Below are positions 18,768-29,031 of a DNA stretch of 53,557 nucleotides, in pieces. Positions within the stretch are counted from its first letter, which is position 1. The number at the start of each line of letters is the position of its first letter. The stretch covers positions 1 to 53,557 of the forward strand of contig JANQHR010000086.1 in the NCBI GenBank assembly GCA_028282585.1, in the 5' to 3' direction. The notes under the pieces were generated by a model. The model was not told the origin of the DNA, ran no database searches, and saw only the letters and a list, made by a program, of their open reading frames with translations. Position numbers and translations under genes: made by a program. Source of the DNA: Bacteroidales bacterium (lineage in GTDB: Bacteria; Bacteroidota; Bacteroidia; Bacteroidales; UBA12077).

Positions 18768-20108
18768 TTATTTAATATTTTTCTTTTGAATAAAATCTTG
18801 AACTGCTTGAGCTAAATCTGGCTGACCAATTTCTTGAAGATCGTAACCTACTTTTACCGTTGGTTTGTTAATCTTAACAATTCTGTTTAAGTCAATTGGA
18901 GTAGCAATAACAACAACATCGCAAGGAGTTTTGTCGATTGTTGCTTCCAAATCTTTAATTTGTTGATCACCATATCCCATTGCAGGAAGTAAAGTTCCAA
19001 TATTAGGATAAATTTGAAAAGTTTCGGCTAACTTGCCTACCGCAAATTCTCTTGGGTCCACTAATTCACCAGCTCCACATTTCTTAGCTGCTACAGTACC
19101 AGCACCTATTTTCATTTCACCATGAGTTAAAGTTGGCCCATCTTCTACAACTAATACTTTCTTACCGCGAACTAATTCCGGTTTATCTATTGTAAGTGGA
19201 GAAGCACCATCAACAACAATTGCATCAGGATTAACTTTAACTATATTTTCACGAACTGTTTGTATATCTTCAGCATTAGCAGAATCCATTTTGTTAATTA
19301 CAACATAATCAGCCAAACGTAAAGTAGCTTCACCGGGGTAATATGATAATTCATGACCTGGTCTGTGTGGATCAACAACTGTAACCATTAAATCAGGCTT
19401 GTAAAATGGAAAATCATTATTTCCACCATCCCAAAGAATAACGTCACAACCATCCGGATCGTTTTCGGCAGCGCGAACAATAGCTTCATAATCAACACCA
19501 GCATAAATCACATTACCTCGAGTTACATGTGGTTCGTACTCTTCCATTTCTTCAATTGTACAATTATGTTTGGCTAAATCTTCAACAGTAGCAAAACGTT
19601 GAACTTTTTGAGCAACTAAATCACCATAAGGCATTGGATGGCGAATAGCAACGACTTTAAGTCCTTGTTCCATTAATAATTCAATGATTCTACGAGAAGT
19701 TTGTGATTTACCACAACCAGTACGTACAGCACCAACAGCAATAACCGGTTTAGTACTTTCAATCATTGTTTTTTCCGGACCTAATAATACAAAATTTGCA
19801 CCGGCAGCATTAACTAATGCACTTAAGTTCATTACATACTGGTAAGGAACATCGCTATATGAAAATACGCAGTCTTCAACTGCTAATTCTTTAATTAATT
19901 TGGCTAAATCATCTTGAGCATAGATTGGAATTCCATCAGGATATAAACTTCCGGCTAATTCCGCAGGATATTTTCTTCCGTCAATATCTGGAATTTGAGC
20001 AGCAGTAAAAGCAACAACATTATAATCATCGTTGTCTCTGTAATACGTATTAAAGTTGTGGAAATCTCTTCCAGCGGCTCCGATTATTAAAACATTTTTC
20101 TTAGCCAT
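18768..20108 (-). CDS. arcE: COG2403 P-loop protein, probable arginine synthetase (ArcE-like; often annotated GTPase or cyclic 2,3-diphosphoglycerate synthetase)
   Basis: GAAGRDFHNFN, QIPDIDGRKYP, P-loop AVRTGCGKSQT, RHPMPYG, WDGGNNDFPF, VVEDGPTLTHG, LPAMGY match my recollection of the Thermococcus arginine synthetase family. Confidence 0.7.
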   Translation of the reverse strand: MAKKNVLIIGAAGRDFHNFNTYYRDNDDYNVVAFTAAQIPDIDGRKYPAELAGSLYPDGIPIYAQDDLAKLIKELAVEDCVFSYSDVPYQYVMNLSALVNAAGANFVLLGPEKTMIESTKPVIAVGAVRTGCGKSQTSRRIIELLMEQGLKVVAIRHPMPYGDLVAQKVQRFATVEDLAKHNCTIEEMEEYEPHVTRGNVIYAGVDYEAIVRAAENDPDGCDVILWDGGNNDFPFYKPDLMVTVVDPHRPGHELSYYPGEATLRLADYVVINKMDSANAEDIQTVRENIVKVNPDAIVVDGASPLTIDKPELVRGKKVLVVEDGPTLTHGEMKIGAGTVAAKKCGAGELVDPREFAVGKLAETFQIYPNIGTLLPAMGYGDQQIKDLEATIDKTPCDVVVIATPIDLNRIVKINKPTVKVGYDLQEIGQPDLAQAVQDFIQKKNIK

Positions 20109-20151
20109 AATTCCTCCTTTTTATTTTTGATTAATTTTTAAAATTGTCCAA

Positions 20152-20159
20152 CAAAGTTA
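20152..20159 (-). promoter_or_regulatory. -7 promoter element for the ArcE-like gene
   Basis: TAACTTTG on the minus strand, 43 nt upstream of the ATG. Confidence 0.6.
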
Positions 20160-20391
20160 ATTTTTAAACTTACATTTCATAATTTAAACAAGCAAAGTTT
20201 AAGTTCCTAACGCCTTAACATCTTTTAACAAATGCCTAATTATATGATAATTACAGAAATTCGAAAAAAAAGCAAGAAAACATGTTAAGAAACATACATA
20301 TTTTTTACTTACATGTTTAAGGGTTTGAACATTTTACAGAAAAGATAATTTAAATTAGTATAATCAAGAGTATTTATATAAATTGGGTTAA

Positions 20392-20988
20392 ATGAATTTT
20401 CTAGCACATATTTATCTATCCGGCGAAAATGAGGAAGTTAAAATTGGTAATTTCATAGGTGATTATGTTAAAGGAAAAGCATTTCATATTTATCCTGATA
20501 ATATTAAAAAAGGAATACTCTTACACCGTTTTATCGATAGTTTTACAGACCATAGTACTCATACCATAGATGCAAAACAATTATTTGCATCAAAATATAG
20601 AAAATATGCCGGTATTGTAATTGATATTGTTTACGATCATTTTCTAGCAAGCAATTGGAGCAGGTATTCTTTTGAACCATTGGAAGAATTTATAGCTAAC
20701 TTTCATGATTTATTACTCAGAAGTAATGAAATGCTTCCAACACAAGTCCAGGATTTTGTGCCTAAATTAATTCAAAATGAACGCTTATACTCTTATAGAG
20801 AGATTGGTGGAATTTGGTCCGTATTAAAAACTATGCCTAAATACACAACACTGCCTGATCATACTGATTTTGCCATTGAGACTCTAAAAAACAATTATGA
20901 ATTCCTAAAACAGAATTTCTTCTTATTTTTCTCGGATATCATATATTACATAAAAACAGTACATAATATCGATATCAAAGGGATTTAA
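20392..20988 (+). CDS. acpH: Acyl carrier protein phosphodiesterase (DUF479)
   Basis: MNFLAHIYLS, GNFIGDYVKG, LHRFIDSFTD, DIVYDHFLA. Confidence 0.9.
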   Translation: MNFLAHIYLSGENEEVKIGNFIGDYVKGKAFHIYPDNIKKGILLHRFIDSFTDHSTHTIDAKQLFASKYRKYAGIVIDIVYDHFLASNWSRYSFEPLEEFIANFHDLLLRSNEMLPTQVQDFVPKLIQNERLYSYREIGGIWSVLKTMPKYTTLPDHTDFAIETLKNNYEFLKQNFFLFFSDIIYYIKTVHNIDIKGI

Positions 20989-21033
20989 CCCTTATTTAAC
21001 ATAATCAAGCTTTTATTTTTAGTCTTTTTTCAG

Positions 21034-21041
21034 TAATTTTG
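21034..21041 (+). promoter_or_regulatory. -7 promoter element for the KamA-like gene
   Basis: TAATTTTG, intergenic. Confidence 0.55.
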
Positions 21042-21158
21042 CAATTCCTGAAAAATCCTTATTTAAATTACCAATACCTGTTTAAAGGATTTAACTGAAC
21101 TGTAGCTAGCATTTTTTTGTTGCAGTAATAGTAAGAATTTTGAAAAATTGATAGCGCG

Positions 21159-23342
21159 ATGGACCATTATACAGCAGATGAAAAAGTTCAAATTACCCAA
21201 AAATCACAAGTTGTTTTAGATCTAATACTTGAAGAAAATCCTACTTTAAAAGACATATTACTAGATTCTGAAAATGAAGTTCAGGTCATTAATTCTATCA
21301 GAACTTGGGTAGAAAAAGAATTAAAGAAAAGTGATTTAGCTTATCAATATTATAAAAAAGAAGTTTCAGGACGCGAATATTTTGTAAAAATCAACTGGCC
21401 TGAAATAGCTGCTATCCGAATTCTTGATTATATTGACCACAATAATCATGAATATATTGATTTAAATCTTCGAGGAAAAAAAGGTATAAATACTCCTTTT
21501 AAAATCCTTTGGCTTGCTGCAAAACATGGAATTGGTGGTGGTAAGTACTTTTTCTTTGTTGATATGCTTGAACTGTTTCGTCAGTTTTCAGGTTACAAAG
21601 AATATATTTCTCCTTCTAAAGAACAAATTGAACTGTGGATGAGCAAACATCCAAGCGGTTTGGATGAACATATCGTTAAAAGAAGAGAAAAAAATAAAGA
21701 ACGAATTGCTAATATAGTTGTTGATTTAATAGATTCTGGTAAAATAAAAAGTGTAAGATATACTTTTGAAAACGGATTAACAAAAGACCAAAAGTTAAAA
21801 CAAGTATATGAATGGTGGAACACCAAGTTATTTCACTTAAAATTTGCAGTTAGGAATCCTGACCTTCTTAACAAAATGCTCGAAAACTCTTTAAGTAAAG
21901 AGACGATGGAAGTACTTAAAGAAGCTGAAGCAGAAGGAATCCCTTTTTTTATTAACCCATACTATCTATCATTACTTGATGTCGATAAATCGTATGGAAA
22001 TTATGCAGATGCTGCAATTCGAGATTATATTATCTATAGCAAAGAGCTCATAGATGAGTTTGGTCATATAGTAGCTTGGGAGAAAGAGGATATTGTAGAA
22101 CCTGGAAAGCCAAATGCAGCCGGTTGGTTATTACCTTCCGATCATAACGTACATAGAAGATATCCCGAAGTTGCAATACTTATACCAGATTCTATGGGAA
22201 GAGCATGTGGAGGATTATGTACGTCTTGCCAAAGGATGTATGATTTTCAAAGAGGGAATCTGAATTTTGATTTAGACACGCTTAAACCTACAGAAAAATG
22301 GCCAGCAAAGCTCAAGAGACTTTTAGAGTATTTCGAAAACGATACCCAGTTACGAGATATCCTTATTACCGGAGGAGATGCTTTAATGAGTTCTGATAAG
22401 TCGTTAAAAAGGATATTGGATGCAGTATATGATATGGCTGCCAGCAAGAAAGAAAAAAACAAAACTTTAAAGAATGGGGAGAAATATGCTGAAATGCTTC
22501 GTGTAAGGCTTGGCAGTAGATTACCGGTTTACCTTCCCCAGCGTATTACTGATGAGTTAGTTGAAATTCTTGCAGAATTTAAGGAAAAGGCATCTAAAAT
22601 AGGAGTTCAACAATTTGTTATCCAGACACATTTTGAATCAGCAATGGAGGTAACTCCGGAAGTAAAGGAAAGTATTCAAAAAATTATTAATGCAGGTTGG
22701 ATTATAACAAATCAGCATGTTTTCACAGCAGCCTCGTCTCGCAGAGGACATACAAATAAATTGAGAAAAGTACTTAATGATATAGGTGTAATAACGTATT
22801 ATACTTTCTCAGTTAAAGGGTATATGGAAAATTACAATAATTTTGCTACCAATGCTCGTGCGGTTCAAGAACAAATTGAAGAAAAGTGTATAGGCACAAT
22901 CCCTGAAAAATATATAGAACAAATTCGTAAACGCCCTTTGACTTCTGGAAACTTAATTGATACGATTTCAACAATTAGAGAAAATGAAAAAGTTCCATTT
23001 CTATCAACTGACAGAAATGTATTAAATCTTCCCGGGGTTGGTAAGAGTTTAACTTATAGAGTTATTGGAATTACACAAAAAGGTAGGCGAATACTAAAAT
23101 TTGATCATGACTCAACCAGGACTCACAGTCCAATTATTGATAAAATGGAAGAAGTAATCATTGTTGAATCCAAACCAATTGGCGAGTATTTAAGACAATT
23201 AGAGAAAATGGGTGAAAAGGCTGATGAGTATGATTCTATTTGGGGTTATTCAATTGGAGAAACTGAAAGTAGATTCCCGTTATTTGAATATCCAAACTAT
23301 GAATTTGAGATTACTAAGAGTTTTTCTAATCTTGAAGTATAA
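21159..23342 (+). CDS. Long-form KamA-family radical SAM/PLP aminomutase-like protein
   Basis: HRRYP, CGGLCTSCQR (CxxxCxxC), DILITGGDALM, RLGSRLPVYLPQRIT, LPGVGKS (candidate PLP lysine). Confidence 0.85.
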   Translation: MDHYTADEKVQITQKSQVVLDLILEENPTLKDILLDSENEVQVINSIRTWVEKELKKSDLAYQYYKKEVSGREYFVKINWPEIAAIRILDYIDHNNHEYIDLNLRGKKGINTPFKILWLAAKHGIGGGKYFFFVDMLELFRQFSGYKEYISPSKEQIELWMSKHPSGLDEHIVKRREKNKERIANIVVDLIDSGKIKSVRYTFENGLTKDQKLKQVYEWWNTKLFHLKFAVRNPDLLNKMLENSLSKETMEVLKEAEAEGIPFFINPYYLSLLDVDKSYGNYADAAIRDYIIYSKELIDEFGHIVAWEKEDIVEPGKPNAAGWLLPSDHNVHRRYPEVAILIPDSMGRACGGLCTSCQRMYDFQRGNLNFDLDTLKPTEKWPAKLKRLLEYFENDTQLRDILITGGDALMSSDKSLKRILDAVYDMAASKKEKNKTLKNGEKYAEMLRVRLGSRLPVYLPQRITDELVEILAEFKEKASKIGVQQFVIQTHFESAMEVTPEVKESIQKIINAGWIITNQHVFTAASSRRGHTNKLRKVLNDIGVITYYTFSVKGYMENYNNFATNARAVQEQIEEKCIGTIPEKYIEQIRKRPLTSGNLIDTISTIRENEKVPFLSTDRNVLNLPGVGKSLTYRVIGITQKGRRILKFDHDSTRTHSPIIDKMEEVIIVESKPIGEYLRQLEKMGEKADEYDSIWGYSIGETESRFPLFEYPNYEFEITKSFSNLEV

Positions 23343-23346
23343 AACA

Positions 23347-24771
23347 CTATCTAAGTAGTTCTAATCTGCTAGCATCTAATCTTAATAGTATAAAAAGCAT
23401 TATGGTAAATGCCCATAGTGAAGATCCTCCATAACTAAAGAATGGTAAAGGAATTCCAATTACTGGCACTAAACCTATTGTCATGCCTATATTAATAACT
23501 ATGTGAAAAAATAAAACCGATACAACTCCATAACCGTAAATCCGACTAAATGCAGATCTTTGGCGCTCTGCAATTCCTATTAATCTATATAAAAAGAAAA
23601 TAAATAAACCAACAACAAAAAATGTTCCCAGGAATCCCCATTCTTCTCCTATTGTGCAAAAAATAAAATCGGTACTTTGTTCAGGTACAAAATCAAATTT
23701 TGTTTGTGTTCCCCTTAAAAATCCCTTACCTAAGAATCCACCGGAGCCAATTGCAATTTTTGATTGATTTACATTGTATTCTACACCAAATGGATCGGAT
23801 TCCAATCCTAAAACAACGTTGATTCTTTTTTGCTGGTGTTCTCCCAGGAAATTATTAAAAACATAATCAACAGAAAATGTAAATACTATTGAACTTAATA
23901 GAAATATCAATAGTAATATAACATTCCTTACTTTATATCTTATTGATAAAATAATATAAACAAAGGCAGAAAATCCAAGAGAGGCTAATATGATATAATA
24001 GTAAGTAAGTCCTAAATTAAAGTATACATTTATCCCGTATAAAATGGCCGTACTAAAAACCAGAATTCCAAATCCAATTGCAGCGTTTTTAAGTTTTCGG
24101 TTTAAAAACCAAAAAATGATAAATACAATGCCTATTGATAAAAGTATTATTAATAGTTTCTCTAAAACTAGTGCCAGCACAAACAACAAAACAATAAATA
24201 ACCCCAATAATAATACGCTTGCCGAAAGTCCTTCGCGATAAAGAACCAAAATAAATGTGAAATAAACCAGCGCTGATCCCGTATCATTTTGAAGAAAAAT
24301 TAGTAATGCAGGAAGTAATATTATCGCAGCAACTCTAACATAGGCCTTCATTGTATTTAGCTGCACATTAAATGTGCTTAAATATCTTGCCAACGCCAAT
24401 GCAGTCGCAATCTTTGCGAACTCAGCCGGTTGAATCCTAAAGCTTCCTAACTCAAACCATGATTTTGCTCCATGAACCTCCCTACCAAAAATCAAAACGG
24501 CTATTAAAAGAAATATCATGATTCCGTATACTAAATATGCAAAGTAAGAATAAAAGTTAATATCTATTATAAATACAAAAAATGCTATAACCAGGGCTGC
24601 AGAAATCCAAACCAGTTGTTTACCATAACGCTGACTAAAATCAAAGATGCTTTGGTGTTCTTCATTATACACAGCCGCATAAATATTTACCCAGCCAAGA
24701 AAGACTAAAACTAAATAAATAGTTACTGCCAACCAGTCAATATTACTCCATATGTTGATCCTTCTTTGCAT
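23347..24771 (-). CDS. rodA: Rod shape-determining SEDS protein RodA
   Basis: IQPAEFAK, QSKIAIGSGG, PEQSTDFIF, GIPLPFFSYGGSS; mre operon context. Confidence 0.97.
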   Translation of the reverse strand: MQRRINIWSNIDWLAVTIYLVLVFLGWVNIYAAVYNEEHQSIFDFSQRYGKQLVWISAALVIAFFVFIIDINFYSYFAYLVYGIMIFLLIAVLIFGREVHGAKSWFELGSFRIQPAEFAKIATALALARYLSTFNVQLNTMKAYVRVAAIILLPALLIFLQNDTGSALVYFTFILVLYREGLSASVLLLGLFIVLLFVLALVLEKLLIILLSIGIVFIIFWFLNRKLKNAAIGFGILVFSTAILYGINVYFNLGLTYYYIILASLGFSAFVYIILSIRYKVRNVILLLIFLLSSIVFTFSVDYVFNNFLGEHQQKRINVVLGLESDPFGVEYNVNQSKIAIGSGGFLGKGFLRGTQTKFDFVPEQSTDFIFCTIGEEWGFLGTFFVVGLFIFFLYRLIGIAERQRSAFSRIYGYGVVSVLFFHIVINIGMTIGLVPVIGIPLPFFSYGGSSLWAFTIMLFILLRLDASRLELLR

Positions 24772-26593
24772 TATAATTTATTTCTGCATTTAAAACGTAC
24801 TCTTCCCACCAAGGAACAGCTATCGAATCATTTAAATATTTTTCAATCATTAATTTTGCCATTGGCGTTGCCCAGGTTCCTCCAAAGCCACCATTTTCAA
24901 TATACACAGCAATTGCAATTTTAGGATCCTCTTTTGGTGCAAAGGCTACAAAAATTGAATGATCTTCACCATGCGGATTTTCAGCTGTCCCAGTTTTACC
25001 GCATACGGTAATACCCGGTATTTTGCCTCTCCAAGCCGTACTACCCGTAGAGTAATCTTCATTTACAGCGAGATCCATTCCATTTATAACTGCTTCAAAA
25101 TAACTGGAATCAATCATGGTATAGTGTTTTTCGTAAAATCTTTCATCTAATTCGTAATCTCCTTCAATCTCTTTTACAATATGCGGAGTATAATAATACC
25201 CGCGGTTTGCAATAGCTGCTGTCATATTAGCCATTTGTAACGGTGTTGTTCCTAATTCCCCCTGCCCTATTGACATGGAAATAAGTGTCAATGAACGCCA
25301 TCCGTTTTCTCCATAAACCCTGTCATATGTTTGCTTGGTTGGAACAATCCCCTTCAGTTCGTTATTAAAATCACTATTTAGATTTTGTCCAAATCCAAAT
25401 GATGTAACGTATTCTCTCCAACGATCAAAAGATTCTCGCGTAGAAGAATATTTTTTATTATCCAAAATATTTCTGAAAACGTGTCCTAAATAATTATTAC
25501 AGGACATTTGGATTGCTTCGACCAAATTAACGTTTGGTTTATGTGAATGACATCCCATTCTAAAACTTCCTGAATAATACGCTCCATGACATTCATATTT
25601 TGTATTCGGAAAAACAACCCTTTCCTGCAAACCAATCAACATATTGATTGCTTTAAATGGAGAGCCAGGTGGATATTGAGCCATTAGTGCCCTGTTAAAT
25701 AAAGGCATTAAGGTATCATTTGTTAAAGTTGCAAAGTTTTTTGTTCTAATCCTACCAACCAAAAGTTCCGGATTATAAGTTGGTGAAGAAACCAAAGCAA
25801 GAATTTCACCGGTTGATGGCTCCAAAGCAACTATGCTGCCTATCTTATTCTGCATTAATTTCTCTCCATAAGCCTGTAATTCAATATCAACAGTAGAAAT
25901 TATATTTGATCCGATTTTAGCTTTTTTATCTAATCGACCATTTGCATATGTTCCTTTGATACGGTTATGGACATCAACCAAATAAACATTTACGCCCTTT
26001 TGCCCTCTTAAATGTTCTTCATATGATTGTTCTATACCACTAATTCCAACATAATCACCTAATTTATAATATTCATCATTTTTTATGATTTTTTCATTCA
26101 CTTCACCAACATAACCTAATAAATGAGCTGCATTTTCTGTGGTATATTTTCTTAAAGTACGAGCTTGGACAAAAAATCCCGGATATTTATATAGTTTTTC
26201 CTGTAATGTTGCATAAGTTTTTGAAGAAACTTGTTTTAGAAAAATTGAAGAATTATAGTATGAATACTCTTTTGCTCTTTTTAAGTTCTCATCAACATAT
26301 TCTTTACTAATATCCAGAATTTGGCAAAATTCCGTTGTGTCAAATGACTTAAGTTGTTGTGGAACAACCATTATATCGTAAGCTGCCTCATTATAAACTA
26401 AAAGTGTACCTTCTCTGTCGTAAATTAACCCTCTTGCCGGAAACTGAGTAACGTAACGTAAAACATTACTACTAGCAGTTACTTTATAAGTATTATCTAC
26501 AACTTGCAGTAAGAATAATCTTATAATAAAAACTAACCCTATTAGGATGATTATAAATCGAATTACATGTCTTCTATTAGCAAAAGAATCCAA
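24743..26593 (-). CDS. mrdA: Penicillin-binding protein 2
   Basis: RGLIYDR, YPPGSPFK (SxxK), SCN (SxN), GKTGTAEN (KTG). Confidence 0.97.
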   Translation of the reverse strand: MDSFANRRHVIRFIIILIGLVFIIRLFLLQVVDNTYKVTASSNVLRYVTQFPARGLIYDREGTLLVYNEAAYDIMVVPQQLKSFDTTEFCQILDISKEYVDENLKRAKEYSYYNSSIFLKQVSSKTYATLQEKLYKYPGFFVQARTLRKYTTENAAHLLGYVGEVNEKIIKNDEYYKLGDYVGISGIEQSYEEHLRGQKGVNVYLVDVHNRIKGTYANGRLDKKAKIGSNIISTVDIELQAYGEKLMQNKIGSIVALEPSTGEILALVSSPTYNPELLVGRIRTKNFATLTNDTLMPLFNRALMAQYPPGSPFKAINMLIGLQERVVFPNTKYECHGAYYSGSFRMGCHSHKPNVNLVEAIQMSCNNYLGHVFRNILDNKKYSSTRESFDRWREYVTSFGFGQNLNSDFNNELKGIVPTKQTYDRVYGENGWRSLTLISMSIGQGELGTTPLQMANMTAAIANRGYYYTPHIVKEIEGDYELDERFYEKHYTMIDSSYFEAVINGMDLAVNEDYSTGSTAWRGKIPGITVCGKTGTAENPHGEDHSIFVAFAPKEDPKIAIAVYIENGGFGGTWATPMAKLMIEKYLNDSIAVPWWEEYVLNAEINYNAKKDQHME

Positions 26594-26613
26594 AGCAACA
26601 TTTATTTATGTAC

Positions 26614-27129
26614 TTACCGCCTGGTATCTTTTCTATAAAAATACTGACTGATTAGTACTAATATGATTGTAAATATAGAACTTAAAATGGCTCTTGCAAA
26701 TGTGGCAAAAAAGTACGTAAATCTAAACACTTCTATGTAAAATAAAAAGAGATGATGGATCAAAACTAAAATTACTGAGTATCTTATAAACCAGCTTGCT
26801 CCATAATACCTCAACTGAGGCAAAGTTTCCGATTCATAACCATCTCTAGGTGAAATAATTTTTAATACATAAGGTCTGAAAAAAGCCATTACTACAGTTG
26901 CTGAACTATGCATTCCAACAGTACTTGAGAATAAATCAATCGTTAAACCAAGAGCAAATGCAATTATTAATAAAAACCATTTGGGTGTTTCAAATGGCAC
27001 AACCAAGATCAATAGTACATAAATGTAAGGATTTATATAACCACTGAACTGAATATTATTTAAGATAAATACCTGTAAAAATACAAGCAAAACAAAACTC
27101 AGAATATATCTCGGTAATAGCTTAATCAT
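26614..27129 (-). CDS. mreD: Rod shape-determining protein MreD
   Basis: Small polytopic membrane protein between mreC and mrdA. Confidence 0.92.
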   Translation of the reverse strand: MIKLLPRYILSFVLLVFLQVFILNNIQFSGYINPYIYVLLILVVPFETPKWFLLIIAFALGLTIDLFSSTVGMHSSATVVMAFFRPYVLKIISPRDGYESETLPQLRYYGASWFIRYSVILVLIHHLFLFYIEVFRFTYFFATFARAILSSIFTIILVLISQYFYRKDTRR

Positions 27130-27952
27130 TCTTATCTGCTTGTTTTTCTAGTTTCTTTCTTTCTGCCTGCAACAAGTTTCCAATCACGTTAACGTTATTT
27201 AATCGTTTGAAATCGGTAGATAATTCAACATCAATTTCATAGAAACTACCTGCTTTTTCTTCAAAATCCTTAATGTATCCAATTAAAATACCTTCAGGAA
27301 ATATAGTTGAAAATCCACTGGTAATTATTGTATCTCCCCTCTGAATATCGGCGTGTAGCGGAATTTCGTTTAAAACTGCGGTTTGATAATCTTCCCCTTT
27401 CCAATTTAATGATCCAAAATATCCGTTTTTCTGTACTTTGGCGCTAATTCGTAAATCAAGATTTAAGACCGATATAACTGTTGCATAGTTTTTTGAAACC
27501 CCTTTAATAACCCCTACAATATTACCATTTGAAACCACAGCCATTTCCGGTCTTAATCCTTGCTGTTTTCCTTTATTAAGTGTTAAAAAATTATGTTTTT
27601 TATTAATAGAGTTATTTATAATTCTTGCCGATGTATACTTATAACGTTGATTTAAAACAGTATCATTAACTGACCTGAAAAATATCTCGTCTGATTTATA
27701 AGTTGATTCAATTATATTTAACAGCCGTGTATTTTCTTCAGCTAAGCGTTTATTTTCTTCAGCCAATGATAAATACTGTTTTAACTTAGTTGTTTTTGTA
27801 TAAAAGTTTCCTGCAAACTGCCTTGTAAAATTCACAAAACGTGCTTTGTGGAAATTATTGTTATTAAATAACAAAGTAAACGAGAAAACTTCAATTAGAA
27901 TGAATAGAAGTAAAAAATGGATCCGTAATAAAAAATTAAGTAAACTTCTCAT
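27122..27952 (-). CDS. mreC: Rod shape-determining protein MreC
   Basis: N-terminal TM and coiled coil; GDTIITSGFSTIFPEGILIG. Confidence 0.95.
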   Translation of the reverse strand: MRSLLNFLLRIHFLLLFILIEVFSFTLLFNNNNFHKARFVNFTRQFAGNFYTKTTKLKQYLSLAEENKRLAEENTRLLNIIESTYKSDEIFFRSVNDTVLNQRYKYTSARIINNSINKKHNFLTLNKGKQQGLRPEMAVVSNGNIVGVIKGVSKNYATVISVLNLDLRISAKVQKNGYFGSLNWKGEDYQTAVLNEIPLHADIQRGDTIITSGFSTIFPEGILIGYIKDFEEKAGSFYEIDVELSTDFKRLNNVNVIGNLLQAERKKLEKQADKND

Positions 27953-27974
27953 ATTCTATTCACCCTGCTATACT

Positions 27975-28997
27975 TTATCTCATTAAATAAGTTAATTTAT
28001 CGGCATTTTTAAGTGCTATTCCTGTTCCGCGCGCAACAGCATGTAAAGGATCTTCAGCAACATGAAATTGAATTCCTATCTTATCCGTAAGCCTTTTGTC
28101 CAAACCACGCATCAATGCTCCACCACCTGCGAGATAAATTCCATCGCTTACAATATCTGCATATAATTCAGGTGGAGTTTGTTCCAATACTCCAAGTATT
28201 GCAGTTTCAACCTTTGATATTGATTTATCTAAACAGTGTGCAATTTCCTGGTATGAAACAGGTATTTCTACAGGCATCGCTGTCATTAAATTTGGACCAC
28301 GAACTACGAAATCTTCCGGTGGGTTTTCCAATTCAGCTAGACAAGAGCCAACGTTAATCTTAATTTCTTCTGCTGTTCTTTCCCCAATTTTAATGTTATG
28401 CTGATGACGCATATATGATTGAATATCGGCAGTAAATGCATCGCCTGCAATACGAATTGATTTGTTACTTACAATACCTCCTAATGCAATTACAGCTACT
28501 TCTGTGGTTCCTCCTCCAATATCAACAACCATGCTTCCTTTTGGCTCTTCAACATCAATTCCCATTCCGATTGCAGCAGCCATAGGTTCATAAATCATAT
28601 ATACATCACGACCTCCTGCATGTTCAGAGGAATCTCGTACAGCACGCATTTCAACTTCCGTACTACCGGATGGAATACAAACTACTAGTTTTAAAGAAGG
28701 TGCAAATATTTGGGTTTTACTATTTATCATTTTAATCATACCGCGGATCATTTGTTCCGCTGCATTAAAGTCAGCAATAACTCCATCTTTTAGCGGACGA
28801 ATAGTACGAATATTAACGTGCGTTTTTCCATGCATTTGCCGTGCCTTTTTACCAATTGCTACCAACTTTCCTGAAGTTTGTTCAACAGCAACTATGGAAG
28901 GTTCGTCCACAACAATTTTATCATTATGAATAATGATGGTATTAGCGGTACCTAAGTCCATTGCTAATTCTTGTGTAAAAAATGAAAATAATCCCAT
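27975..28997 (-). CDS. mreB: Rod shape-determining protein MreB
   Basis: DLGTANT, RPLKDGVIADF, EPMAAAIG, VDIGGGTTE, GGGALM. Confidence 0.98.
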   Translation of the reverse strand: MGLFSFFTQELAMDLGTANTIIIHNDKIVVDEPSIVAVEQTSGKLVAIGKKARQMHGKTHVNIRTIRPLKDGVIADFNAAEQMIRGMIKMINSKTQIFAPSLKLVVCIPSGSTEVEMRAVRDSSEHAGGRDVYMIYEPMAAAIGMGIDVEEPKGSMVVDIGGGTTEVAVIALGGIVSNKSIRIAGDAFTADIQSYMRHQHNIKIGERTAEEIKINVGSCLAELENPPEDFVVRGPNLMTAMPVEIPVSYQEIAHCLDKSISKVETAILGVLEQTPPELYADIVSDGIYLAGGGALMRGLDKRLTDKIGIQFHVAEDPLHAVARGTGIALKNADKLTYLMR

Positions 28998-29031
28998 TAT
29001 GCTCTTTTGTATTTAATTAATCTCTAATAAT

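Noticed and set aside
18768-20108. Literal annotation as cyclic 2,3-diphosphoglycerate synthetase
   Set aside because: No 2-phosphoglycerate kinase partner here; motifs fit the GAAGRDFHNFN subfamily better
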